Shown here: positions 28,135-42,846 of the stretch, one piece after another | Layout of the letters: the number at the start of each line of letters is the position of its first letter | Numbering within the stretch: position 1 is the stretch's first letter | Source of the DNA: Eledone cirrhosa | Taxonomy: Eukaryota | Length of the DNA stretch: 64,000 bases | Reading direction: 5' to 3' | Assembly (NCBI GenBank): GCA_964016885.1 | Contig: OZ024740.1 | Coordinates: 207,824,001 to 207,888,000 of the forward strand | Made by a program: the position numbers and the translations under genes | The notes under the pieces: model-generated | What the model saw: the letters and a program-made list of their open reading frames with translations, nothing else | What the model was told of the DNA's origin: nothing | Database searches by the model: none

Positions 28135-29054
28135 TAGAGGACGGTGCCCCCTTAGAGGATACTGCTTGACCGATAGGGTTATATATAGATGCACTATTAC
28201 TAGCCACAATAGCGTTAAACATTATATAGGGGCCACCTCCGGCCCGTTCAAAATTAGGTTTCGAACACATCTCCACTCTTTCACAAATAGAAAACTAAGG
28301 CACTCCACCTCGCTCGCGGACTACATCACATCACTAAAGGACTTAAACATTAGCTTCTCCACGCACTGGGAGATTGTCGACAGGGCTGCACCGTACAACT
28401 TCAAGAGGAAATGCGATCTTTGCCTCATGGAGCTCTACCACATCATAACTGCACCCCACGAGCTCATCAACAGCAGAGCTGAAACAGCGATAAGTTGTAC
28501 ACATCGCTTACAAATATCCTTCTTTAGATGGGTTAAGAATGAAGAGTGAAATAGCACACTGGATCTCCCTGCAACAAGTCTTAACACCCCGGCGGGCAGG
28601 CGCAGCAAAATAACACCCAGAAAACAATCCCTGCATACCAAAAATTATCCGGGAAAGACTGCCCTAACACCGGCCAAAGTTACCTCCCTTGACCTGCTGC
28701 AAAATCAAAACAAGATATTTTTGCGAGCAATGAATCTTGATGTGGATTTAACCCCCAAAACTCTTTCCGAACTATATAAGGAACACTTGTGATTGTTTAT
28801 GCCCTTGAGAAGCCCAACTGGGCGAAACGTACGTAGGTGATATTTTAAATAAACATGTTTTAACGGTCTATTCTCCGATTTTTCACTTTCCCACGTGCTT
28901 ACGCTCTGCTAACTCTCTAGCCCACTAAATATTAACACTTCGAATATTTAATACTGCCGGCACTAGTATCGAGCACCTTTGGCATACGCTACTTGGCAAA
29001 TAACTATATGTATCACCTATCCCTCCTTTTTTTCTCTCTTTCTCGATACGTAAA

Positions 29055-29060
<6 letters not shown>
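28135..29060 (+). mobile_element. Penelope-like element 3' part: GIY-YIG endonuclease (to 28549) plus pLTR
   Basis: CPLRGYCL..VIY..YIG.T..FK.R..H..SF...CDLCLME...LIN; followed by a hammerhead; bounded by (TA)n. Confidence 0.85.
28798..28842 (+). ncRNA. Minimal hammerhead ribozyme (U3-A8 variant)
   Basis: TTGAGAA-gccc-aact-gggc-GAAA-CGTACGTA; palindromic stem III ACGTACGT. Confidence 0.7.
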
Positions 29061-29123
<63 letters not shown>

Positions 29124-29326
29124 CAACCCCAACACGTGTTACATAATACGTGTTCTTGTCATGACTCCAGTGAAAGATTTTCTGTGAATTTTTTCTAAAA
29201 CTATTTTCAATAATCTTTCAAATTTCTTTAATACGTTCTCAAACAACGATCCATGACCCCCAAAGCCTTATTACATGGATATTTTGAAAAAAACAAACAA
29301 ATATTTTGGGGTTGATACTTCTTCTA

Positions 29327-29350
29327 CAGGGTGTGTGAAAAAAACGCCCT

Positions 29351-29430
<80 letters not shown>

Positions 29431-29460
29431 AAATAGGTTGTTTCTTTTCACACAACCTGT
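29327..29460. mobile_element. Tc1/mariner-like MITE with (CA)n-(TA)n-(TG)n palindromic core
   Basis: ta-cagggtgtgtgaaaa...ttttcacacaacctg-ta; TA flanks. Confidence 0.6.
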
Positions 29461-31329
29461 ATATATCTCATTTCCTCTCTATTACTCACACTTTCTCTCT
29501 CCTTCTCTGGAAGAAATCGTCTGCGTTCAGACCTGACGTGGGGGATGGCTTAAGGCCCCTGCGGCACACTGTATATCATTACTGTGCTGCTAAGACAACA
29601 TTAGGAGTTACAGTTCCATACATATATAGGGACGATTTCGAAGTTAGAAGGCAAATGGACAAAATATAATATTATTTAGCATTTAGTCTGGCAGTCTATT
29701 GTTTCCGCTACTTCAATACTTGAAACATTATTAAGAAACCAGCTAGCCACTTAGAATTACTTAGATGTGGTCAACTATCAACAATTGGATAAATTGAATA
29801 GTATTGAACAAGAAAAGGAAAAAAGCTTGTGTGGTTTAAAACGGAAACGATGTGAATTCCTACGACGCCATCTTAACCGCTTGAAAGTCACTTGAAAAAC
29901 TAAGAGCTTATTTACAAAGACATCAACATTCGGCAAATTCTTTTGATCAGCGTTCCTTTCAGTCAATCATCTAATCTATAGAAAATTATCTTGATGAGGA
30001 GATAGCTACCGTATACTTCTTAAGACGTGGATAACAACACCACCAACAACAACAGCAACAACAACAATGGCAATAACGGCAAAAAGAAAGAAAAAAGGAA
30101 AAGAGAATAAAACACGAGTTAATAGTTGTATTATTTTGTTGTGTGTGAGAAATTCAGTAGATTTCTTCTGGCAATGTCGTCGACATTTCCAAATTGCTAT
30201 CTATCAAGCAGACGACACTCATAACGTCTAACAGGAAGATAATAGAATTACAAGAGACTTACATGTTAAACGCTCCAATAAAAGTTCATAAAAAATACAA
30301 GAGGAGTAAATAAATGAACAGAAACAGAAGCAGAAGCATGTTGAAGAGGCTGCAGAGTGTGTGTGGTGTGCTTCTGTGTGGGTGCAGGTGTATGTGTGTG
30401 TGTGTGTTTCTGTCTGTGAGTGTATACGTGTGTGTGTATGTATGTATGTGTGCAGCTGTGTGTGTATGTGTGTGTGTGTGACTGTGAGTGTGCATGCGTG
30501 TGCGTGCATGTGTGTGTGCATGTGTGTATGTGTGTGTGTTTATATGTTTCTGTGTCAGTGTGTGTATGTGTATCTCTCCGTGTGTGTATGTGTGTGCGCA
30601 TGTATGTGTGCATATTTCTGTGAGTTTCTCTTAATCTTAGTTATTAGATTAAAGCCAATGTGTTGTAGACCAAACGACATGACCTGTAACAGTCCCTTAC
30701 TTTATATTTTCGTTCAAGGTTGAATTAGCCCGTTTTCATCCTTCGGAAAGGCGCTAACCTGGCAGAGTCTTTAGAAGGCCGGATAGACTGCTGTGCAGGC
30801 TCTCAGTTCTCTCGGTGCAAATCCCACCCCACCGAGGTCAGCTCTGGCTGGGTGCCCATTTGCTTATAATAGAGAGAGATGGGGAGAGCGAGAGAGACGG
30901 GGGCAGTGACAATGGGAACTTGATTCTATTATGTTCAGTTTTTGTTAGGAATTTTTCGTTTAATTTCTAGTTATCTGACCACTAGATGCTGTTCTCTGTA
31001 AATATTCTTCAAAAGTATCAGTATTGCTTCATTGCTGAATTGTGTTTTTCCAATGTTGTTATATATTTTCACTTGTATATTATTACTGTATAGTTGAATG
31101 GTTCACGTAATTTTACTATTTACACACATCCATACAAGCTCGATAAAAAAGTATTAGTCGAGTACTGGGGTCGATTTCCCCTCTATATCTCTTTTTCACT
31201 TCCATTCTTTCATTCTATCTATCTTTCTCTGGAAGAAATCTACTATATTCAGACATGGAGAGGAGATGGGCTCCGCCAGGTTTTAAAATGCCATAGAAAC
31301 GCCGTATGTCAATACGGTGCCCTTACGAC

Positions 31330-31632
31330 AAGAAACTGATTTAATGGGGGACAAAGGGGGCAATTACCCTGGGCCCCTTGCAGTGAGGGACCCCATCAGT
31401 GACGGATTTGTGTCCTCAGTTGGACAGTTTAGTTTTAGGACGGTTAAATTTTTTTAATTTAATACCTGTATAACTTTTCAATTCCAATTACTTGAGCCGA
31501 GCTAACTTTAAGATATGTAAAATTGGGGGAGGGGGGTTGCTGTGTATTCTAAATGCTCGTGTATGTACCCCCCCTCTCCCTAGAAAAAAAGCTGAAGTCC
31601 CCCGGGCGCCTCAAGGCCTAAATTCAACCCTG
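31330..31632. mobile_element. hAT-like MITE inserted in a SINE tail
   Basis: 8-bp TSD cttacgac/cctacgac; 3' TIR taaattcaaccctg; the interrupted tail is intact at about 23090-23130. Confidence 0.55.
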
Positions 31633-31825
31633 CCTACGACTGCCCCAGGTGTTACGGGACTGTTCGTCCATCCGTCCTTCGGAAATTGATTATACATTCC
31701 TATTCAAATACATAGTATCGATATATTCAACGATATTGCACTCTTCAAAATATGTGGCTTTGTGGATATGTTTCAAATTGTTATTCTTCCTATGTATGTC
31801 TATACGTGTATATATATATATATAT

Positions 31826-32182
31826 ATACTATAGAGTAAAGCATGTCCATAGAATTATTTGATAATATATATACATCATTTAGTGATTTAATCCTGGTAT
31901 GTATATAAACATTTCTAACATTAATTTTTACCTAATTATGTATGGTTGACCGTATATTTAATTAATTTCCACGTGCTGTTGAAATGTTGGGTAAATATTC
32001 TATAGCGGTTGGACGCGAAGACGCCGCTGTGGCGTATTTATTTACTGTTTCTTCATAGATGCCTTTTATTCTTAAAGCCTGGTCTAATTGATTTTTTGTG
32101 TGGTTAATTATGCTGATTGGGAGTAGAGATGATGTATATATATTATCAAATAATTCTCTGGACATGCTTTACTCTATAGTAT
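31826..32182. repeat. 54-bp inverted repeat adjoining (TA)n
   Basis: 31826-31879 versus 32129-32182, one mismatch. Confidence 0.88.
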
Positions 32183-32283
32183 TTTGCTCTGATTAATTTA
32201 TTAATTCTCCATTGAGCCACATCGTGAAAAGTTGCCAAAACACATATATGCCTGTGACTTTGTTTAATTGGTGTATGTGTAAA

Positions 32284-32362
<79 letters not shown>

Positions 32363-32468
32363 AGAGAGAGAGAGGGAGAGGGAGAGAGAGAAGTTAGTTC
32401 CACACCTGCGGATATAACCTACCAGTGTTCTACCACTATATATATGTTTTTATCTTCAATAATGTTAT

Positions 32469-32524
<56 letters not shown>

Positions 32525-32528
<4 letters not shown>

Positions 32529-33164
32529 TCAATAATTTTATCATATAATATATATTCCATCAACGACATTTGCGATGAACCGGACACCTCTGCGTAATGG
32601 AGGATGATCGAATCCCGAAACAACTTTTGTATGGCGAGCTTTGTAAAGGCAAGAGTCCACCTCACAAACCAAAGTTCCGGTTCAAAGATTGTGTAAAGGA
32701 CTCATTGAAAAAAAAATGGTTTGATAGTGGAAGACTGGGAGATGGAAGTTCTTGAAAGAGAAACTTGGCGTGTAATGGTTAATGATGGGGCCATAATTTT
32801 GAGGACAGACGCATAGAGCACGAGAAGATCAAATGGGATGTGCGTAAACAATACCCTGATGTATCTCTTGAAATTATCCGTGTCTGCATTGAATTGGTGT
32901 GCCCTGAGTTTGGAAAGATTTGCTTGAGCAAATCTTTCTACACTCAGGAGCCACAATCGCAGCCATGTTCAAAGAGAAGCAGTGAACTATGATTTCCACC
33001 GTATTGTGTAGCTTCACAGGCAGCCTGGTGCAAGACCTGAGGCCAGGCAGATTCATAATTGTCGTCAATGTGCGAAGGAGTGCAAGTCTCTAGCAGGCTT
33101 GAAAAGCCATATCCGAGCGTCACACATCTGACAAGCGATTGCAATACTCTTAGCAGAGCTTGCA

Positions 33165-33170
<6 letters not shown>
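32525..33170 (+). mobile_element. RTE LINE 3' fragment with two C2H2 remnants
   Basis: MEDDRIPKQLLYGEL...RPPHKPK; CRQCAKECKSLAGLKSHIR; 3' hairpin then (TA)n. Confidence 0.8.
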
Positions 33171-33234
<64 letters not shown>

Positions 33235-33279
33235 TTTTATATTTGGGGAGGGTCATATTGTTATAATATTGCTAGAAAT

Positions 33280-33665
33280 AATAATTGTTTCTACTTTTGG
33301 CACAAGGCCAGCAATTATCTCAGTGTATTACTGGTACTTTATTTTATCGACCCCGTAAGGATGAAAGGCAAAGTTAACCTCGGAGGGATTTGAACTCAGA
33401 ATGGCAAGGGCCGTAACTCAATGCGTCAAAGCATGGCGTCCGACCCTCTACCGATACTGCCAATCCACCATTTTGCTAGAAATAATAATTGTTTCTACTT
33501 TAGGCACAAGGCCAGCAAATTACCCAGTACATTACTGGTACTTTATTTTATCGACCCCGTAAGGATGAAAGGCAAAGTCAACCTTGGCGGGATTTGAACT
33601 CAGATCGTAAAGGGACGTAACTATACTGGAAAGCATGGCGTCCGACCCTCCACCGATACTGCCAA
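33280..33665 (-). mobile_element. Two tandem SINE copies
   Basis: Same family; tgctagaaataataatt is repeated at both junctions. Confidence 0.88.
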
Positions 33666-33979
33666 AAAACACAATCAGTTTAGTTTGGATTGGTTTTCGC
33701 TTCTGTATCATTTATATTTCCATAGTTAACTTATCTGGCAATCACTGTTTATCATTGATTGACCAACGGTTAGAAATACAGATATAAATATATTATAGGG
33801 CTCGTTTCCTTGGGCTATTTTAATTGTAAGGGACTATTTTGAATTTCTAACTCAATATATACTTTTGATATAAATATATATATAGTCTATCAAAGTTCTT
33901 TCGTTACACATCTGTGACATCATCAGTGGTACTATTATGTTTCCTCCCATTGTATTGTAATGCCTACGCTATTTTTATT

Positions 33980-34030
<51 letters not shown>

Positions 34031-34445
34031 TTCTTGTCTCTGTCTCTGTTTGCGCATGCGTTTGCGTTTCCTGTTTGGTGTATGTGTTCGTGTTTGAGTG
34101 TATATGTTTTTGTATTCTATCTTTGCTCACTAGTGTGTGTTTCTGTGTGTTTGAGTGTTTGTTGTTATTGTACTTGTGTATATATTTATTATATATTGTA
34201 CTTGTGTGTATATATATTTATTTATTCATATTTTCCTTACGTCAGTATTGTTTGTTTGGGTATGGTTGTTGTTATTCCATTCGTTTTTTTGTTTTTTTTT
34301 ATTGGTTTTCTTTTCCTTATATATATATATATATATTTTTTTTTTTAGGAACGATCGACTTTCGTCAAATCGGACTGAGGAAACAATGTTCCCGTTGGTC
34401 TTCCCAATTGCTAATACTATCTATCGGTCGCAACACCAGGTAGAA

Positions 34446-34505
<60 letters not shown>

Positions 34506-34793
34506 GTCTAATAGAATCAGCAGTGAGTAAAAATGATGCTGTGCGATATTTGTCTCTGAGTTCGAATTCTGATGTGTTTACTTTTATCTATCATCTTTTC
34601 GAGATCAATAAAATAAAGTATCAGTCAAGTAATGGTCTAAATTAATTCTCTTTCCTTCCAAATCGATGACCTTGAGCCTAATTTAGAAACCATTAAGATT
34701 GCTGGAAAAGACAGAAACACTAGAAACTATTATTACCAGTATTACTCTGTTACTATTGTGTATTGTTGTTGTTGCTGGTACTGTTTATCGTGG

Positions 34794-34794
<1 letters not shown>

Positions 34795-34825
<31 letters not shown>

Positions 34826-34916
34826 CTTTTTCTTCTTCTTCTTCTTCTTCTTCTTTTTCTTCTTCTTCTTCTTCTTCTTCTTCTTCTTCTTCTTCTTCTT
34901 CTTCTTCTTCTTCTTT
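34795..34916. repeat. (TTG)n-(TTC)n microsatellite
   Basis: Directly visible. Confidence 0.95.
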
Positions 34917-35079
34917 AGTTCACTAAAATATTCTGAAGTGATTCGTCTTTCGTGTTGGACATCTCTTGACACACGAAACAGAAAGAGAAAAGAAAAAGAA
35001 CAGAAAGGCAGGTGGAAAGAATGAAAGACTGAATGAAAGAAAGAAACTATACGAAAGTGGAGGTCTAAGTAACGCACAG

Positions 35080-37428
35080 GAGCCCACACCACTACATCTC
35101 AGCCCACACTACTACATCTCAGCCCACACCACTACATCTCAGCCCACACCACTACATCTCAGCCCACACCACTACATCCCAGCCCACACCACTACATCTC
35201 AGCCCACACCACTACATCTCAGCCCACACCACTACATCTCAGCCCGAGACTACACTACTACATCTCAGCCCACACCACTACATCTCAGTCCACACCACTA
35301 CATCTCAGCCCTCACCACTACATCTCAGCCCACACCACTACATCTCAGCCCACACCACTACATCTCAGCCCTCACCACTACATCCCAGCCCGGGATTACA
35401 CCACTACATCTCAGCCCCCACCACTACATCCCAGTCCACACCATACATCTCAGCCCACACCACTACATCTCAGCCCACACCACTACATCTCAGCCCACAC
35501 CACTACATCTCAGCCCACACCACTACATCTCAGCCCTCACCACTACATCCCAGCCCGGGATTACACCACTACATCTCAGCCCCCACCACTACATCCCAGT
35601 CCACACCACTACATCTCAGCCCTCACCACTACATCCCAGTCCAAACCACTACATCTCAGCCCCCACCACTACATCTCAGCCCACACCACTACATCTCAGC
35701 CCACACCACTACATCTCAGCCCACACCACTACATCTCAGCCCACACCACTACATCTCAGCCCACACCACTACATCTCAGCCCACACCACTACATCTCAGC
35801 CCTCACCACTACATCCCAGCCCGGGATTACACCACTACATCTCAGCCCACACCACTACATCCCAGCCCACACCACTACATCTCAGCCCTCACCACTACAT
35901 CTCAGCCCACACCACTACATCTCAGCCCACACCACTACATCTCAGCCCACACCACTACATCTCAGCCCACACCACTACATCTCAGCCCACACCACTACAT
36001 CTCAGCCCACACCACTACATCCCAGCCCGGGACTACACCACTACATCCCAGCCCACACCACTACATCTCAGCCCACACCACTACATCTCCGCCCTCACCA
36101 CTACATCTCAGCCCTCACCACTACATCTCAGCCCTCACCACTACATCTCAGCCCACACCACTACATCTCCGCCCTCACCACTACATCTCAGCCCTCACCA
36201 CTACATCTCAGCCCTCACCACTACATCTCAGCCCACACCACTACATCTCAGCCCACACCACTACATCTCAGCCCACACCACTACATCTCAGCCCCCACCA
36301 CTACATCTCAGCCCACACCACTACATCTCAGCCCACACCACTACATCTCCGCCCTCACCACTACATCTCAGCCCTCACCACTACATCTCAGCCCTCACCA
36401 CTACATCTCAGCCCACACCACTACATCTCCGCCCTCACCACTACATCTCAGCCCTCACCACTACATCTCAGCCCTCACCACTACATCTCAGCCCACACCA
36501 CTACATCTCAGCCCACACCACTACATCTCAACCCGGGATTACACCACTGCATCTCAGCCCCCACCACTACATCTCAGCCCACTACAGCCCACACCACTAC
36601 AGCCCACACCACTACATCTCAGCCCACACCACTACATCTCAGCCCCCACCACTACATCCCAGCCCGGGACTACACCATTACATCTCAGCCCACACCACTA
36701 CATCCCAGCCCGGGACTACACCACTACATCTCAGCCCACACCACTAGATCCCAGCCCACACCATACATCTCAGCCCTCACCACTACATCTCAGCCCTCAC
36801 CACTACATCCCAGCCCGGGACTACACCACTACATCTCAGCCCACACCACTACATCTCAGCCCTCACCACTACATCTCAGCCCACACCACTACAACTCAGC
36901 CCACACCACTACATCTCAGCCCACACCACTACATCTCAGCCCACACCACTACATCTCAGCCCACACCACTACATCTCAGCCCACACCACTACATCTCAGC
37001 CCACACCACTACATCCCAGCCTACACCACTACATCTCAGCCCTCACCACTACATCTCAGCCCACACCACTACATCTCAGCCCACACCACTAGATCCCAGC
37101 CCACACCATATACCTCAGCCCTCACCACTACATCTCAGCCCTCACCACTACACCTCAGCCCACACCACTACATCTCAGCCCACACCACTACATCCCAGCC
37201 CACACCACTACACCTCAGCCCACACCACTACATCTCAGCCCACACCACTACATCTCAGCCCACACCACTACATCTCAGCCCACACCACTACATCCCAGCC
37301 CACACTACTACATCGCAGCCCACACCACTACATCTCAGTCCACACCATACATCTCAGCCCACACCACTACATCTCAGCCCACACCACTACATCGCAGCCC
37401 ACACCACTACATCTCAGCCCACACCATA
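35080..37428. repeat. 20-bp minisatellite agcccacaccactacatctc (about 115 copies, with 25-bp cccggga(c/t)ta variants)
   Basis: Directly visible, 2.35 kb. Confidence 0.97.
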
Positions 37429-37467
37429 ACAACATTCCTGTCGAGCACGGGCGCACCCCCGACATAC

Positions 37468-37514
37468 ATATCCTGATGATTTTTTTAATGAAACAGCTTT
37501 AGTCCTGTAGAGGT
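37468..37514 (+). ncRNA. Possible degenerate hammerhead motif
   Basis: CTGATGA-tttttttaat-GAAACAG-ctttagtc-CTGTA; stem II is weak. Confidence 0.35.
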
Positions 37515-37911
37515 CATTTCCATATTAAACATGATGTTTACACTCTATTATTCTATTGAGTACCTTACTAACTGTGGTTAACCCCGACTGAACCTCCCCC
37601 CCCCCCCCCTATATATATAGAGTATGTATAAATATAAACATAAATTCAGCGAGAATCGCATTGCGGCGGGTAGAAAAAGCGAAACGCAACGCAAATTCCA
37701 AGTCATGCTGGCAAGCGCTCCATGGGCGAAAAGACTAGAGCAATAAAATAGGTTATAAAGACCATACAAACTGAGAAGGCGGTCAAGAAGCCATAAACCA
37801 CCTAAGCCAAAAAGCAAGTCAAGCTAAACAGGTCAGACAAAATAAATGACATAATCATATATATATACACAATCATATATATATACACACATATATATAT
37901 ACACACACACA

Positions 37912-38008
<97 letters not shown>

Positions 38009-38030
38009 TTATTATATATATATATATACG

Positions 38031-38066
<36 letters not shown>

Positions 38067-38068
38067 AT

Positions 38069-38129
<61 letters not shown>

Positions 38130-38330
38130 ATAACAATATAATTTCAGTTTATTTTGATATTGCATTTATTTTTAAATTTTCTCATTCCTTGTATTTTGAT
38201 CATGCTTTATTTTTATTTATTATATTTTTTGTCTTTATTTGTTAATTTTTCATTCGCACCGTTTCCTTTCGCTATATGTCTCTCCACCACTCCCCTACAC
38301 ACCTTTTGAACTCTGTTCCCACACACTTCT

Positions 38331-38364
38331 CACCTGAAGAAGGGCTTATGCCCGAAACGTCGTC
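38331..38364 (+). ncRNA. Minimal hammerhead motif in a Penelope-like pLTR remnant
   Basis: CTGAAGA-a-gggc-ttat-gccc-GAAACGTC; stem I is degenerate. Confidence 0.6.
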
Positions 38365-38449
38365 CCCCACCTACCCCCCACTCTCCTGAGCGTGAATTTA
38401 ATAAACATTTATTGTACTGCCTCTCTGTTCTGTCCCTGTTCAATTTTTC

Positions 38450-38496
<47 letters not shown>

Positions 38497-38504
<8 letters not shown>

Positions 38505-38728
38505 ATACTTTGGGAGGGTCATGTTGCCAATAAGAAACACACGCACCAGTCACTGAAGAGGTCATAGAATGTGCGACGAAAGAACTTTGACAATATATAA
38601 ACAATCATCTGGTTGTGGAACCTACCAACCAACCGGAAATTTATAAATTTATTATAATAAATTGAAGTGAACCAACTGGTGCGTGTGTTTCTTATTGGCA
38701 ACATGACCCTCCCAAAGTATAACAATAT
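38497..38728. repeat. 54-bp inverted repeat enclosing a hammerhead motif (38549-38591)
   Basis: Arms 38497-38550 and 38675-38728; gtca-CTGAAGA-ggtc...gac-GAAAGAACTT-tgac. Confidence 0.8.
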
Positions 38729-38782
38729 CGGTTTCAACACACGTTTTCAGATAAAGAATCTTGCTAAACAAATTCAGAAACG

Positions 38783-38882
<100 letters not shown>

Positions 38883-38993
38883 CAAACCTGGACCCTTGGA
38901 ATTGATGGTAAAATCCAGTACAAGGTTTCTGCGACACCTAAATCAATAATACTGTCTGCTTAAAACAATAAGCTTTTGGTATAGTGATCGAAC

Positions 38994-39017
38994 GAGGAAT
39001 ATCACGTTATCAACAGG

Positions 39018-39096
<79 letters not shown>

Positions 39097-39121
39097 ACCT
39101 GTTGATAACATGATATTCCTC
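38994..39121. repeat. Fold-back palindrome: 27-bp arms around (TA)n
   Basis: gaggaatatcacgttatcaacaggtta and taacctgttgataacatgatattcctc. Confidence 0.88.
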
Positions 39122-39279
39122 ATGACTGACTCTTAACCATCTACTATGTCAGGGTATGTCATGCATCATTTTATTTTATCTGATGAGGACGTACTGTTGA
39201 AGATAGCTCAGTACCGCTGAAATATGTATAACAAAATATACTTGATCACACGAATGTCTATTTTTGTTAATATTTTGAA

Positions 39280-39364
<85 letters not shown>

Positions 39365-40239
39365 ACTGAATTCATTCGCCTGATATAGGAGTTGCCTCCC
39401 TTGTCGATCCCCACCTGAGGTTAGCAATAGTCACTCATTGTATTAACATTGAACTAAAACCTGTTGAGAAAGTGGCTTCCTTGTTCAATCATCTTACCAG
39501 AAGCCTAACATTATTTGTCTAAGCGGACAGTACTTGATTTAGGAGCCGCAGAAACCCAAATACTGGATTTTACCAACCTTCCAGGGGTCCGGGTAAATTT
39601 TCAATACCCGAATTACTTGATCGTTTTTGGGGCTATGCGAATGATTGTTAGACGATCGTCTCAGTGTGTTTGGCCTTTAACGTTTGTTATAGCTCTGGTT
39701 CATCTGAATCATTGAGCACTTGCCACACATCTCGGAGGTAGTTTTTCGTTATTTCGTGGGCCGAAATGCGATTCTCGATAATTTATGTTTATATATATAT
39801 ATGTGTGTGTGTGTGTGTTTGTATATATATAATTTTTTGTTTATATGTGACTGTGTGTATGTGTAGGCGCTTGTTAGCAATCTTGATTGTGGAAGGGCGA
39901 GACACATACATCATGCTGAAGTCCGACCCAACTTACTGAGACAGGACAATAAAGGTTTCGATTAAAGAACGTTGAAGACAATTTAACAAAGTCGTTGGTG
40001 TAGTTGTGGGAAAGTGAAGCTACGAAAATCAATAAGGTTAAAATGAACTAAAGAATCAATAGATCGATATCTGTCACATCTATGATATCTAAAGCAACGT
40101 GTTAATGAAAACTCCTTCAATTAAATTGATTACTCTGTGTTTCTATTGTCAAGACTGTTTAAGATGAGGTTTATTATAAGATACATAGTAAAGATAATAT
40201 CTAGCGTGGAGGAGGGTTGTGATGTAAGAGGTCGTTCGT

Positions 40240-40780
40240 TGTAGATGATGGTGGTGGTGGTGGTGATGTAGGAGAACGTTGTAGTTGATGGTGGTGGTGG
40301 AGGACATTGTAGATAATGGTGATGGTGGTGGTTATGGTGGTGGTGATGTAAGATAACTTAGAAGTTGATGGTGGTGGTGGTGGAGGTGGTGATGTAGGAG
40401 ACCGTTGTAGTTGATGGTGGTGGAGAACATTTTAGATGATGGTGGTGGTGGTTATGGTGGTGATGATGTTAGATAACTTAGTAGTTGATGGGGTGGTGGT
40501 GGTGATGTAGGAGAACGTTGTAGTTGATGGTAGTGGTGATGGTGGTGGAGAACATTGTAGATGATGGTGGTGGTGGTTATGGTGGTGGTGATGTAAGATA
40601 ACTTAGTAGTTGATGGTGGTGGTGGTGGTAGTCGTGATGTAATTGATGGTGGTGATGGTGGTGGTGGCGATGTAAGAGATCTTTGTAGTTGATGATGGTG
40701 GTGGTGATGATGTAAGAGAACGTTGTAGGTAACCTGAAGGTGTTAGTGGTGATGTAATAGAATGTTGAATTTGCTATGAT
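40240..40780. repeat. (GGT)n-rich degenerate minisatellite
   Basis: Recurring gatgtaggagaacgttgtagttgatggtggtgg and gatgtaagataacttag units. Confidence 0.8.
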
Positions 40781-41631
40781 GATGAAGAGGTCATTATAGG
40801 TAGAGCGATGGCCCGGTGTGGTTAGGCATTTCACTACACACCTAGTTGGTCTCAAGTTCGAGCTCACTCTATGGCATTGGGGACAAATATGTTTTTGAGA
40901 ATGGAATTTGGTAGGTTAGAAATTGTACAGTGACCCGTCAGCTGTATCTTTCTCGCTTGCTTTCTCTGTATAATCCTTCATCTCAACTCACACACACACA
41001 CACACACACACATGTGAACATTATACCACGTGATTATCCTCCCTCCCGAGAAGTTTTGACTTGTAGCGGTCAGTTCAAGAATTACTCTTTTCATTTGAGG
41101 GGTCTCTTGAAAAGCCGACAGCCTCGCGGCTCTATTGCACTTTGGTTGCACTCTGATTGCATACCAGTCAGATAATCTGTACAGCCGGGTCTTTGAAGAA
41201 AATAATAGGCATAGTTTGCCTATTTTCTCTTCACATTTATAATTGTTTTATATATATATATATATATGTGAAATACAATATGCTGAAAAGGTAACACACT
41301 AGAGAGAGATAGTGCGCCATCAATAAAACAGGGAAAAACTACCAGTGTATGGAATCTATAACCTATGAAAGGCAGAGTAGACACACAATAATTAAAAATA
41401 TAAATTAAAATGTATATACGCACCTCTATAACTATATAACACACGCGTAAAAATCCAAAGAGATCTGTTTCGCCAAGAAGTTGTTGACTGTAATGGAATA
41501 GCCTATGGTTCATCAGCGCGTGCAAGATTATACATTCCAGATAACTCTAAGAGAATCTAAAGCGACTGTCCAGCTACAGGGAATAGCGAGAGTCTATGGC
41601 TCCGTTAATTTATCGTGATATATATATATAT

Positions 41632-41683
<52 letters not shown>

Positions 41684-41748
41684 CTGTAATAGTTGTACAC
41701 CTTCATATGTATATCTATACCTATGTATATATATAAATAAATAAATAA

Positions 41749-41859
<111 letters not shown>

Positions 41860-42371
41860 AGTATAGACATACATATAAAGGTGTCTACCTATTACCAGTT
41901 TTGCTCAATGAGGGAATTAATGTAAATCAATTAGACAGATTTGATTGAGAAGTTCCCCGAGGAGCTGCGAAGTCTCAGTTGAGAGTATCCTAAATTATTG
42001 TAATATTCAAAACTAGAATTACGCAGCAAAAAACTGCAGTCGGGACATCGAAGAGAATTGGTAATTTCCTTTTTTTTTTGGTTTTTGGTTTATCTTGTTT
42101 ACTTTTCCCACATAATTTTATATATATACTAGCGGCCTCCCGGCTTTCGCCCCGGTCTGTACTGTGCTCAAATCTATTCATAAGGCACCTATTGTCATCT
42201 GTCATAATGTCCATTTTCGTTAGAATAAAAGATGTTAAAAGATATTTAAATATTGTATAACAAATTTTAGAATTTTATTTAGAATATCTAAATACAGAAA
42301 GTAATAAAGAAAATAATAGAAAAATGTATTCAACGAAAATTATTAAACATTTATAGAACTCCAATATATAC

Positions 42372-42846
42372 CAGAGGTGGGGAACGTTTTCATGTTAAAA
42401 AGCCGCATTATGTTACTTGTAATATAATAAGATTGCATTCAAGCAACCATAATTATATATTCTTAAAATCTGCATTATTTTGTAATAATCTAATTATAAT
42501 GTACTAATTATCTAAGAAACGAAAAAAAAAAAATTTATTTTAAAGCAAACTACCTTTTAATGACTTTGCTGTGACTGTTGTTGGGAAGTATTTTGATATT
42601 TAGTTGCAACATGGCACCTCTTTGATCTACAAAATATTGTAATTCTGGATGTCTGTCAGCATAGATTATTTCTTTAACTGTTTGCTATTTAAAATACGCT
42701 CATTTTATGGTTTAAATTAAAATAACAAGAGATAGAAAAAAAAATATTAATACAAATTAGAAATTTGTTGGAAATCTGTTATTCTTTCAAAAGGCTTCAC
42801 AAAATAGTATAAAAGGCAGCCTTAAGACCACATGCTCCCCCATCTC
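42372..42846. mobile_element. hAT/Charlie-like MITE
   Basis: cagaggtggggaac...gctcccccatctc; 8-bp TSD atatatac/gtatatac. Confidence 0.55.

Noticed and set aside
34966-36747. 593-aa repetitive ORF
   Set aside because: Read-through of a stop-free 20-bp minisatellite; the unit is not a multiple of 3 and the array continues past the stop.
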